Shown: positions 13,291 to 25,166, counted from the stretch's first letter. The stretch: DNA of 64,000 nt from Trichosphaerium sp. ATCC 40318 (GCA_038496445.1 JALMLS010000322.1:124001-188000); one strand, 5' to 3'. Made by a program: numbers and translations. The notes: generated by a model not told the origin, from the sequence alone.

Positions 13291-16200
13291 ATGGAAGTGC
13301 CTGTGTTCGCTGCCAACGCTGAGTTTTTTCAGTTCACGCAAAAATTCAATTCAGCGAGTGCTACAGAACAAGAAAACCTCACAAAACCCAACCTACTAGA
13401 GCAAATATTACAGTCCTTTCGTGTAGACAGAAATGTTAGCTTCAGAATCGCTCTTTTAGTGTTCTTGCAGGAAAATGCCTCAGTACTGCTTGTGGATCCA
13501 CAAAAGTACGCCAAATAGGATCAATGTGGAATTATAGCCTAACTTTTCAGTTGTCACGATTAATCAGTTTTAAGGTTAGAAAGCACTTGCACGCTATTAA
13601 ACAATGTATTAAACAAACCTGATGAATCAGAGACACTAAAATGTCAGGTACATTTTTGACAATCACCAAATACGCTTTATCTGCTCTTATATTACTCTTA
13701 TTGCTTTGGTAAATACCTTTTCAATTTTTTAAACGACACTTAGGTCCTAACTACGCTCACAACGGTCCTCATTCAACAAGAAGTAATCAAAACGCAATCA
13801 CGAGCGTTTGAAACGTACATGGAAGTGTTAATAGACTTCGTTTGCCGCGTAAACGAGCCGCAACAAAGAGAAATGCGTGTATTAGTACGTAACAATAAGT
13901 GTGGCATGTGTTGTAGCCCATTAGAATCATTTTAAACTTGACACTTCATTTGACACGCAAATTTTTCCCATTTTTTTTTTGATGTTTTTTTTTTAGGCTT
14001 GTGAGTGCCTTAAAGAGATTGAATTGGTCTACCCTGGTATCCTTAGTGGTATGTTAGGACATTTATTTAGTTTCGCAAAGAAGGAAAAGAGTCATGCATG
14101 CCAATCTTACGTAACTCTTTTTGCAACGGCTTTACACAATGGTGTGCAGGTAGTGCCTTGTTCCTAGTTATAAGCACTAAATACATTCTCAGATACTCTT
14201 GGAAGCACTTAGTCAAACATCCGGCCAGAGCAAGGTGAGGATTGCTTACTACTTTGTCGTTTCATTCTAATGTTGGATAGTTTCGTCAAGCTAACCAAAT
14301 GTTTGGTTCTGCGTCAAGGTCAAGCTCTTCGTATAGTATGTTTGATACACGCAAGGATATTTCAAAGTTCGAGTTGTTGCCAGGCGTGAATTTCACTCTG
14401 AGGCCATCTGCTATTTCTTATGGTGAGGACAAGATCCAGTTAGTTGAACCAGTGCATACGGTAAGTAATCTCCAATAGTTAAGATATTTCTTACTTTTTT
14501 AAAGGATGTCACTCGTGCCATTCAATTCCTTGTACAAGAACATCCTCAATTAACAGTATGGGGCCAATTGGAGATCACACTTCACCTTTTAGACTTGATA
14601 CAATATACAAACTTGGATAGAAGCATTTTTAGGTAGCGTACAATAACGCTTGGTTTGAAGTTGTAGTTAATTATTTTTTTTCTCTAGACACTTGAGACTT
14701 ATGGGAACATTTATACCGTTACATCTTCACACTAACTTGATGATAAAAACATTGTTTCCAGCTATTTTTAATAGAGAAGATGAAGTAAATATACTTGAGC
14801 AAGCATTGGTGTTCTTAAATTCAACAACTCTGTGCGTACTTGTAAAAAAACTACATGGAGGATTTCGTACTAATTTTTTGGGATTCAGGCCGTTTGAACA
14901 ACGTGCTATGAGTGCATCATGGATATCTAGTTTTCCATTTGTTGATGAAAATACAGCTTCTCCTGATTTGTTGGCTCATATACAAGATATTTTGCCAACA
15001 CCTTTTGACAGTATTCACCTCAAAGAAGCGCGACTGTATCCTAACAATTTTTTTCTTTTTCCAAAAGAACTTTTTTAGTTCTTTTTCTTTGACTCTTTAA
15101 AGACATATTATACCAAACTGTTTTGCTACAATACCGCCTTCAACAAAAATGGTTAAGATATTTGATGTCTTTGAGTTTACAAACTATGACTCAAAGAGTT
15201 ATCACGTCAGCGCAGTTTTCGGTCTATTGAAAGATTTTCTCATAAAATTCCCGTCTCTTTTTGAAAGATTGTTTGGGTAAGTCATAAGCGCAGTCTTTGG
15301 TTACTGTGTTAAAATTAGCTCTTATGTTTAGATTCCTACGAGATACGGTCCTTAGCTACCCGAGATTCAGCACGAACTTGATAAGCTTATTAGATGACCT
15401 TCCAGAAGGTCTAAAATATCAAGTCATTCTAAAGTTCAGTGATATTCTATCAAACCTCGATCCGGAGCAATTCGTAGACTATCTAGAAGTCCTCAATATT
15501 GTCATTACAAATAAATCTATTACACCAATGGTAAGCCAAAGGAAATACAAAACAAAGAATATTCATCTCTAACAAAGAAACTCTTAGAGGTTAATCAAAG
15601 CGTTACTTCGATTTTTAAGGTGCACTGAAACTTGCAATATTGGTAATTGGCCTACTGGTAATGTTCTATTGGCTATTTGTCGTAATATACTTATTGTTCA
15701 TGATTTGAATATGGTATTTAAAGGACTTGCTGATGTCCTCATGTTCATAAGTTTGTATTTTGCGGACGTTGGTACGTGGTGTTTGATTAGCAAAATCTCC
15801 ATGTTTTTTTGAACTTTGACTTATAACTGGTTTAGATATTCGCGATAGAGCACATTTTTATTACCAGTTATTAACACATATACCACCAAACAAGATTCGT
15901 AGTATTGTGAAGCCAAGTGATCAAACGTTTTCTGATGAAGAAACAGGTTACCTATTCATTATTTCAAAGCAAAATCTAATTCATTATTTAGCATCCATGG
16001 TCCCAGTATCAAAACCTGTTTCTCGTTCTAGCAGATCATCATTAGCTACAAGATCGTTTGTCACGCTAACAAGAACAATAAAAGACATTAAATCTCAAGG
16101 TACTGTGCACTCGGTTGTTCTTTGAACACAACTTTATTATTAACTAACAATAATAATGTTTTATTTATAGTAGCCTCTGAAAGCACTTCACAAGAACCTA

Positions 16201-17216
16201 ATGAAAATGGTCATGTTGATATCACAGATAGTCTTATACTTAAGGATTATTACGCATTTATTGCAACCCAGAACCCAAGTATTTCATTATCGTTTCTATT
16301 ACATTACAAGAGTCATCGTATTTTAAGAAATTCAGGGTTTCCTAAAAAGATTTTTGCTGTTGTTTTGAGTTTCTCAGAGTCTCCAATATGTGAAGATATT
16401 AAACGTGTACATATACCTTACCTAGTACAGAGTGAACCCGATCAAGAAGGTACGCATAGAATAAAAAGGTGAAGAGGGTGAGCTTAGATGTAATGTTTTT
16501 TTTCTAGATTTTACAGCTGAGAAGTTTCCGTTTGTTTACAAAGTTGATATACCCATCTCATTCTTGGTTCCTCTTCCAACAACATTTGATGTAACAATGC
16601 AATATAATGGCGATGGTCTTTGTAAGCATAAACACTACTATCGTTAAAACTGACCTTCGGATTTAGGTTCAGAAACAAAGCTATCACCATTGGTTGTATC
16701 TCTTCAAGATTTGTTCCTTCCTGTTAATACATCTCCTCACATACGACCTAAACAACGATTTGAATACATGAATCAACTTTTTGATAAACTATGGGGCGAT
16801 ATAGCTACAGCTAGTGAAGTTCGAAGTGCTCCTGATAAGCCGTAAGTGCTCACAATTTTTCGATATTTTTTTGTTCTAACTTTTTTTGTTCAAGGCCAAT
16901 GCAAGTGCTTTCAGTGAAGTATGTTGAAGTAAAAGCAGAAGTTGTCACATCTTGTTTATTGTCAAATTTTGGTGACTTCCTTGTTGAGCCATTGGAAGAT
17001 GTCAAAAAGGCTCTAGAGGAGAAAAAAGATGCGAAACAAGAAGATGCAAAAGTACCAGTCAAAGTTTTAATATGCTTGCCTAGACGCTTTCATTTGCTCC
17101 TTAAATGCTATGTAAGCGAGAAAGGCATACTAACAGAGATTGCCACAGATTATTGGCGTATTTTAGCTTACATAGATGCCCTGTTGGATGACTTGTACAA
17201 TAAAACCCCAAAATAG
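13291..17216 (+). CDS. AP5B1: AP-5 complex subunit beta-1, multi-exon
   Basis: ACECLKEIELVYPGIL, DIRDRAHFYYQLL and C-terminal ICLPRRFHLLL...IATDYWRILAYIDALL match AP5B1 motifs; start codon approximate. Confidence 0.85.
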
Positions 17217-17295
17217 AAAAGAGTTTAATTGCGGCCACTTTATTTAAGCTTTGTATGCAGTTAGTTTTGTACTACAAGCAAACTTTAGTATACAA

Positions 17296-17428
17296 TGTAA
17301 GAGATGTTGTAACGCTTGTGTAAATAGTTAACGCTGTTTATTACATGAACGTGTTACAATGTCTCAAATAAGTCACTCAAAGTCTATTCTCGTTAACTAT
17401 TTACACAAGCACTACAACATCTCTTACA
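17296..17428 (-). repeat. 38-bp inverted repeat / long hairpin with 57-nt loop
   Basis: 17296-17333 and 17391-17428 are reverse complements at 36/38 positions. Confidence 0.9.
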
Positions 17429-17767
17429 CCTTCTAACAGTTACAAGGTATAATTTTGCCAATTAGCCTGTAGAAATGGAAAAAAGTGTAGGAAAGGTGTT
17501 TACGCCTACAAGAGGCGAAAAACTGAAGTCATCGAATTGTAAGACATCTACAAACGAATTGTTATTAAATTTCGCGCAAACTGCGGCATTCTGTTGCTGA
17601 TACCTTTCAAGTTACCGCAGGAGGTGTTTTACAATCATGTACTGACCCAATAACGAACGAAGAGTATTTTCTATTTGGGGTTACATCTAAACGGACTTTG
17701 TGCCATTTTCACGGTACGTCAGAGAATCATTAATGGCCTATATGGCTAATACTCCTTGTAGGGTTCA

Positions 17768-18614
17768 ATGACGATCGTAAACGAAACAGACTGGACTACT
17801 TTACAGCAGGTACCACCTCTTTTTTCGGCATTTTGACATTTTGACATTTTGACATTTGTCTTCATTGTAGTTCGCACCACTGTGTGTAATGAGTTTGCGG
17901 AAGAGTCTTTAGAGGTAGCAGGAAGCAAAGAACAGATTAAGTATGTATTAGAGAATCAAGGGTTATCATTAAAGGAGCAGTATTGTGTTGACATCTTCGA
18001 TACGCCTAAGCACATTGCTTGTTTTTGGGTTAGTACAAGCGCACTTTTTTCTTATGGTCCTGACGCAATAGTTCTACCTAGGCTCAATGGGTAAGCTAGG
18101 GAGACAATCAATTGTAAAGAGATTCTCAAAGCTTCGTTCTCACCCATTGTACGCTGTAGTTTATTCAATTGTCAATTACATACTTATATGTCAACAAAAA
18201 GATTAAGACCTTGTGAGCGTGAAGTTGGAAGTTTGGTATGGGTAAAAGGTACCTTGGTAGTGTACTTAATAGACTTATAAATTACTTATTTTATTTAGGA
18301 AAAGACTTGGCTGTAGAGAGTGAAAAACGTGGGGAAAAGAATTTATGTGTCCCTGTGGAAGTGTACAATACAAATCAAAAATCTCCAACAATAATGAAGT
18401 TCAGGTTGGTTGAGTTTTTTCACTTTGCAAATTGTAGTTTCTATTTTCTCACAATATTCTTTTTTTTATAAATAGATCTTGGCTTGTTGGTTGGTTTCAG
18501 CCTATATTTCAACACAGTGATGAAAGAGAGGATGGTACTGGCGCTGGATTATTTTATGATGTGTGTATGGGAAACTATGAATGTCATCCGTTGAAGGCAA
18601 TGACTCTACTTTGA
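17768..18614 (+). CDS. Hypothetical protein, multi-exon
   Basis: Open exon-like segments (MTIVNETDWTTLQQ; RTTVCNEFAEES...; KDLAVESEKRG...) bounded by GT/AG; no family recognised. Confidence 0.35.
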
Positions 18615-18817
18615 CAACATAGAAAACTAAACAGGAGAACTGCGCCCAAGAGTACCCAAAACAACCTTGTATTTCTACCTTCAATTAAAATGAAAAAAAG
18701 TATGGTAAAGTACTGCGTTTAATGCACCAATCATGCATCCCTGACAGGTCTTCTGCAAATATACACAAAACCCTCATACACTGGACACAGCTGATAGAAA
18801 TTTTTGTACATCCGAAA

Positions 18818-19295
18818 GGTCGTATTGCTCAGCTGGTTAGAGCGCCGTGCTAACAACACAGGACACTGGTTCCATCATTCCTTTGTATGGTCAAAACATT
18901 TTCGAAACCGAAAGGTCGTATTGCTCAGCTGGTTAGAGCGCTGTGCTAACAACACGGGCACACGGGCACCATCCCCCTTTATGTGACCATAACACTTTTC
19001 TACAGGCCTATCGAGGTTTCAAAAAAAATCTTATGTGAAATACTGAAAGGTCGTATTGCTCAGCTGGTTAGAGTGCCGTGCTAATAAACAGGGAATATGG
19101 GTACCTTTCTCTTTTGTATGGCATAACACTTTTAGAAAAAACCCTAAACGAGGTATGCTGCAATACTATCACGATGTTGGTCTTCAAAAATTTTGTTGCA
19201 CAATACTGAAAGGTCGTGTTGCTCAGCTGGTTGGAGCATCGTGCTAACTACACGGGACCTCGGGTTCCATGATTCCCTATGCTTATTATGGAAAA
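18818..19295 (+). ncRNA. Tandem array of four tRNA-Ile-derived (pseudo-tRNA / SINE-like) units starting at 18818, 18914, 19049, 19212
   Basis: Each begins GGTCGTRTTGCTCAGCTGGTTRGAG..GTGCTAAY (D arm/A box and anticodon arm like eukaryotic tRNA-Ile); T arms degenerate; oligo-T after each. Confidence 0.8.
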
Positions 19296-19357
19296 TGTTT
19301 TTTTTTTTTGATGTACTAGCGCAGTCAAGTGTTGTCACAAAAATTGGTAGCGCACTA

Positions 19358-20888
19358 ATGGTACAGCACATCTTAGTTTTGCTTTGCGTGATAACGTTCG
19401 TTCACGCTACAAAGCTATGCAGTTTCAGTGGCAGTATGGACATACACGAGGTACCTTTCCAATTAATGCTGGACATCGAAAATCGCTAGTATACCACGTG
19501 TTTTGTAACGTTTTTCAACCGTATTACTTCGTGGTTAATTGTTTAACAAGGCAGTTGAAGAGTGGTCACAGAAAAACGTTCATTATTACGTAACGTATAC
19601 AAACTGGGTTCCAGGATACACTCAAACGTATTTCAACCAATTAAAAACTATCTGGGAAAATCATGGTGAAGTACGTTTCACGTGACACAAATTAATCTGC
19701 TTTTCTTTACACTTTTTTTTGTTCTCCTCCTCAACCTTTTTTAATTATTCTTGGTCTCGTTCTGTTGTGTAGTTGACAGAATCGCTAGGCGCCCTTTGTT
19801 AGTTGGCAACCGATCATAGGATGGGATGATAGTAAATGTCCTAAAAACGTTGATGCATTAATTGCCAACGGACATTACGACGATTATATTAACGAGTGGG
19901 TATCAAGCTGGAGCTCTTTCCTAAAAGTGCTGTATACTCATCAATAGTTCTTATATTGATTTTATAACAAGGGAGACGATGGTGAGTGGGATACAGCGGA
20001 TGACAGATGGGCAGTAATGCGTATCGGACATGAAATGAACGGAAACTGGTAACTTTTTTTGTTGTGAAAGCCATGTTCGAATAGAGCTTCTGTTGACGCG
20101 ATGGTGTAGGTACCCATACTCCCCGACTTATCCAGGAGCTAATCAAACAGTTGAAGACTATAAGAATATGTGGATACGTGTCAAGAAGATGTTTAATAGC
20201 GGAGGTAGTCAAGCAAAAAAGAGTTGTCAACACTTAAGCCTAAATTCTCTCTGTAGGTGTTGGCGGCAATAGACTCCCGTTTGTGTTTTGTCCGAATTTC
20301 AAAGACAGTGATAGCCCCAAAATGGAAGAGTTTTGGCCAGGTTGGTTTTTGAACAAAGAAGAACATTAATTTCGTGTGTAGGTGCTGAATTTGTTGACTG
20401 GCTTTGTGTTGACGGGTACAACTGGGGTACTGTAGAGTCCTGGTCTTCCTGGATGGAACCTAAAGATGTATTCCAAGATATGATCTCACGCCTAAGACAA
20501 CTAGGTGGAGCAGGAAAGGTAGTAACTGTGTTTAAGGTTTTTATGTGTCACACAACAACTAAATAACTCTTTTATTTAAAGTACTTGGCAATTGGAGAGT
20601 ATGGTACAGTCAAAGAAGGAGGTGATAAAAATAAATGGATAGAAGATGCAGTGGACTATTTTGTAGAACAAAACGCAACTGTTGCTTGTTATTTTAACTT
20701 TGATATGCTACCAACTGATTGGTAATCTTTTTTTTTTGATTTTTTTTGTGCTTGTTTTTTAATGTTGACATGTTTTTTTCAGGGGTATGTTCGGTGGTAA
20801 GTTTGGTGATAGTACGTTTTTATTTAATGGTACAGCATATAATGTATGGAGCGGATACAAAACAGCTATTCAGAAGCTTGAAAGCTAA
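19358..20888 (+). CDS. Secreted glycoside hydrolase family 26 (beta-mannanase-like), multi-exon
   Basis: Signal peptide MVQHILVLLCVITFVHA; IANGHYDDY, MRIGHEMNGNW (acid/base Glu), VDWLCVDGYNWG, LAIGEYG (nucleophile). Confidence 0.85.
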
Positions 20889-20924
20889 TAAACGATTGAA
20901 AGTTAATTATTAGATTGACTATCT

Positions 20925-21875
20925 TTACAATCTTTCATACCATTGTTCACTACGTTTGCAACCATCAACCCATATTGACTTCTCTCTAATTTCACCATTA
21001 TCATACCATTCTTTGCTCTCGCCATGTTGTTTACCATCAACCCATACACTTTGTAATAAAAGTTGTCCATCTTCGTACCATCTTTTGCATTCACCATGCT
21101 GTTTATCATCAACCCAGAACATCTGGCACTTTAGTTGTCCATTATTATGCCATTCTTTACTTTCACCCTGTAATTTATCATCAATCCGTGTGGTTTGGTA
21201 TTTCAGTTGCCATTCTTTACCTGTACCATGGTGTTTATCATCAACAAAAACCATTTGCCTCTGTAGTTGGCCGTTATCATGCCATGCTTTGAATTCACCA
21301 CATTTTTTGCCATCAACAAAAGAGGTTTGGCATTGTAATTGACCATTATTGTACCATTCTTTGGCCTCACCATGTAGTTTGCCCTCAACCCATATGGCTT
21401 GCTGCTTTAGTTGGCCATTTTCATGCCATTTTTTGGATTTACCATGTTGTTTACCATCCCACATATGCTGGTACTTTTGTTGGCCATTTTCATACCATCC
21501 TTTACTTTGGCCTTGTGGTTTACCATTAATCCGCACAGCCAAGTATGCTAGTTGTCCATTATTGTACCAGCATTTGGATTCGCCATGTAGTTTACCATCA
21601 ACCCATGTGGCTTGGTGGTGTAGTTGTCCATCTTTGTGCCATTCTTTGCACTCACCATGCCGCTTACCCTCAAACCATAAGGATTGCTCCTTTAGTTGTC
21701 CACTTTTATACCATTTCATCCACATTCCTTTTACTCGCAATGTTTCATCAAAATGTGTATTAACTGCAGCTCTCTTTGATAGAGTATGAAATTTTGTGAA
21801 TGTTTCCATATTGAAACTACAAATGTAGGTTTGAAGTTCATAAGGAATATCCAGTAAAGTCAAAGAAGAACCCAA
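20925..21875 (-). CDS. F-box-like + MORN-variant repeat protein (intronless; TTG in place of the paralog's ATG)
   Basis: LTLLDIPYELQTYICSF then about 11 WxxNGQL repeats; N-terminus near-identical to 8808-8972. Confidence 0.75.
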   Translation of the reverse strand: MGSSLTLLDIPYELQTYICSFNMETFTKFHTLSKRAAVNTHFDETLRVKGMWMKWYKSGQLKEQSLWFEGKRHGECKEWHKDGQLHHQATWVDGKLHGESKCWYNNGQLAYLAVRINGKPQGQSKGWYENGQQKYQHMWDGKQHGKSKKWHENGQLKQQAIWVEGKLHGEAKEWYNNGQLQCQTSFVDGKKCGEFKAWHDNGQLQRQMVFVDDKHHGTGKEWQLKYQTTRIDDKLQGESKEWHNNGQLKCQMFWVDDKQHGECKRWYEDGQLLLQSVWVDGKQHGESKEWYDNGEIREKSIWVDGCKRSEQWYERL

Positions 21876-22433
21876 TGTGCTGTATTTTTTCTTGTGGTCG
21901 GTAACAACAGACTTTACAAAAAAACGATGTCAGGACACTGAAAAACACGTGAGAGAACAAAAAAAAAAAGGTTTTGGTGTCACGTGATTAATGCGCTAAC
22001 AATTTTGTTTTGTTTAGAGTGCTTGTGTAGGTTTTTTGAAGTAATTCCGTCAAAGCTTATCGGTATTTTTGCTGCGCTTTGCCCTATGCTCAGAAAATAA
22101 ACGGCAAAACGAAAGGAAGCCTTTGTTGTTTGTGTAGAGAGAGCTTTGGTTTAAACCACGTGGTTTTGGCGTACCATACTGTAATTACTAACTGATGGTA
22201 TAAATGTGTTTATTAATACGGGGGCTTGCTACCACCTGCAAAACTTGGGGTTCCAAGACTTTTTTGTTGACTGAGTCGCAAACACCAAATTCGAATAAAA
22301 TCTAACGTACATTAGAATGATAAACTTGATGGTTGTTCTCCGACACATAGTGAATACTTACCAATATGGACTTTTGATGCTTGGCTTGCATGTGAACCTA
22401 CGAGAGATTAAGTGTTGTCTTTTTTGGAACATA

Positions 22434-22798
22434 GGGCCAGCACAGTTTTTGCACAAAGCTTACAATTTGTCAAAATTGTAGAAATTACAGAAATTGTAGA
22501 AATTCCAAAATGGCAATTTGCTACTTTTACTGCATTTTATGGAATCTTTACAATGCTATTTCTCATCACTGCAATCATTGTTGTACTTTTGATTGTACCT
22601 CATAGTATACAATATACTATAGAGTACTGTTAAGTAGTGAGAAATTATTTCGTTAATTCAGTGGTGAGAAAAGGTATTGCCAGTGCTGCCAGTTTATTTT
22701 CTACCTTGTAATTTCAGGTATTTTCGCAATTTCTCTAATTTTAGGCAATTCGGCAAATTGTGCCAATTGTACAAATTACACAAAAACTGTGCTGCCCC
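22434..22798. mobile_element. Candidate MITE (365 bp)
   Basis: GGGCCAGCACAGTTTTTG / CAAAAACTGTGCTGCCCC 17/18 terminal inverted repeat; subterminal AAATTG/CAATTT short repeats in opposite orientation at the two ends; no credible ORF. Confidence 0.6.
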
Positions 22799-22967
22799 AC
22801 GGTTTGTGAAAGATTTGTAGTTGGTAGAGAAGTTTATTGTTTGTAAGGTGTCTTTGATGGTGCAAAGATAAATGCTTTAGTAAGCTGTAATAACGTAGGT
22901 ACAAAAAACCCACATAATTCTATTGTCAGGTCAAGTCTAGTCTTATAAAACTGTATTCTACATCAAG

Positions 22968-24534
22968 GCGCTTCCGGAAAAAAGACGGCAGAAAAAGAAA
23001 GGAACATTAACAACAACTGTTTACGACATACCTCCGGAAATACTAGAATATACTTTGTATCAAAGCGGTCCTGTTGCTACAATACATCTTAAACGCACAT
23101 CAAAGTGCTTCAATGCAATTGTTTCTTCTGTAAGCAAGTATACACTAAAACGCGTTTTGAAGCAACTCGGATACCTTGAAGAGTATTATGGCTTCAGGAA
23201 TATGACCTTGAAATACTTTTGGTTCAACTACTTGCCAATACACCTCGGATACATTGAAATAGACACCAAAGAGTTTGCAATTCCACCAGATCAATTTAGG
23301 CGTGAAGTTTGGCGGTTAATAGTATCAGATAGTATTCAGTACTCTACCGAGTTCTTTATAGTGCTACAACATTACGCTGAAGAGCTGCTTATCAACTATC
23401 TCAACAATGAAAAAGAGAAATGCGAAGTACTCTTTGATAACAATGGAAGCGAAGACATGGGTGACAATGACACAGATTTTGTTTTTAGTGATGCTCCATT
23501 TGAAGACGAAGATATTCCGTCCGATGTGGAATCACTTGAATGCCTTGAGTTTGTTGTTACAGATAAAGTATCACACGCATCTTTAATAGAGGCAGTTTAC
23601 AATCCTAACGTTAAGCTCGATCACCTTGTACTAGAACAGATATATTCCCTTTTCGGCGAAAAACTCTTCAAAGAACAAGACAAATATGGTACAACTATTT
23701 TAATAATAGGCGTTTTGTAACCATAAATGTGCATACACATACCCAGGTGTCACAACGCTTGAGTATTTGATTAAACACAGTGATGTAAATGCACAAGATT
23801 GTTGTGGTAAAACTGCTTTGATGTATTATTCTTCTGAATGTTCAGGTTATGATGATGAAACTGTTGACCATGATACTTATGACGATGAAGAGGATTGGAT
23901 TTTTGATTTGACAAAGGTACCACAATATGATATTTCTATCACAGATAACAAAGGTTGGAATCTCCTTTATCATGTACCTAGATTCATACGTGACGTCAAT
24001 TTACCTTACATCAAACACTTGTTGCAAGATATCAATTTATTCTGGGTATTATTCAATGAATACAATTTCAAGAAGCTAAGGATGTTGTGTAATCACTGCA
24101 CTTGTTTTGATGATCTTCCTATCCATTGTCCAAATACCAGTGGTAGCACTGCATTAACTCTATTAGCTGAAATGGGTAGTAGTAACAAAGCCTACTACGA
24201 TGTTGTAGATTTTGTTTTGGGTCACAAGGAGTGTGCTATCGACTATTGTGATCATGAAGGTAATACTGCTCTTCTTCTTGCTTGCAAGCATTATAGTTAT
24301 TACAGTTGTTCTATAATTGAAGCACTTCTTGTACATGGGGCCAATGTTGATATAGTCAACAACAAAGGTAGATCTTGTGGATACTATATCAAAAAGGCTG
24401 TTGATAATTATAATTACGGGAGGTCATACCTACTTGGGAAAATAGATATTGTTGAAGAAATATCTAAAATAAATGGCGCTGAAGGAATTCTTAGTCAAGT
24501 GCCTAACAACAAATCCAAAAAGGCTAAAAATTGA
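22968..24534 (+). CDS. F-box + H3-histone-fold-like segment + acidic tracts + ankyrin repeats; 1-nt frameshift at about 23709; start upstream unresolved
   Basis: VYDIPPEILEYTL F-box; ankyrin motifs DVNAQDCCGKTALMY, GSTALTLLA, DHEGNTALLLACK, GANVDIVNNKG. Confidence 0.7.
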
Positions 24535-25166
24535 AGCACTTTGTGACTTATACGTAAATGAAAGCCTCAAAACCTTAACCAAAGTGAGCGCTTTATGGTT
24601 CATGTGGTACGAAATAAAACTAACAAGTTGATTCAACAATTCAATTTCATTTCATGTGTTTTATGAAGCTCTGTTTATTCTTTGTATATTGTAGTACACT
24701 ATTACAGCTTTTTTATCATCAATGAAACTACATTCTTTTACTATAGTCGCCCATTGCTAAACCACAATTTAAATTCTAAGCCGGAGGAAGTGTCGTGTAC
24801 TAACACTTCAATAAGTGGCTTAAAGTACACTTTTTGTCTATTCGACAGAATATATGCTTATAAGTTAGTGTCATCAGATGCTATTGGTAGAAGGCACAAA
24901 GATATTGAACGTGTCCTATGAATAAGTTCCAAAAAGTGGAATAAATACAGACTACTAGCAGGTGTTCACTTTATACAGGGCACCGTTTAAGCTCTGGTCA
25001 AGAAACCGTTTGCTCACATGTTGTTATCCGTTGGCGTGTGAACTCTCAGGCTTCGGCAGTATTGATAGTTACTTGATTTCCAGTACATGTCTTTTTCAGA
25101 GATTACGTTTTTGACAGTGTTCAGTGAAAGGAGTTCTTCTTGTCAATTTACTATTAATAACAACAA

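Noticed and set aside
18818-19295. Functional tRNA-Ile/Val genes
   Set aside because: No copy has a canonical GTTCRA T loop or well-paired T stem
18811-19310. CRISPR array (conserved ~37-bp repeat with variable spacers)
   Set aside because: Repeat is a tRNA 5' half, spacers are unequal and mutually homologous, context is eukaryotic and there are no cas genes
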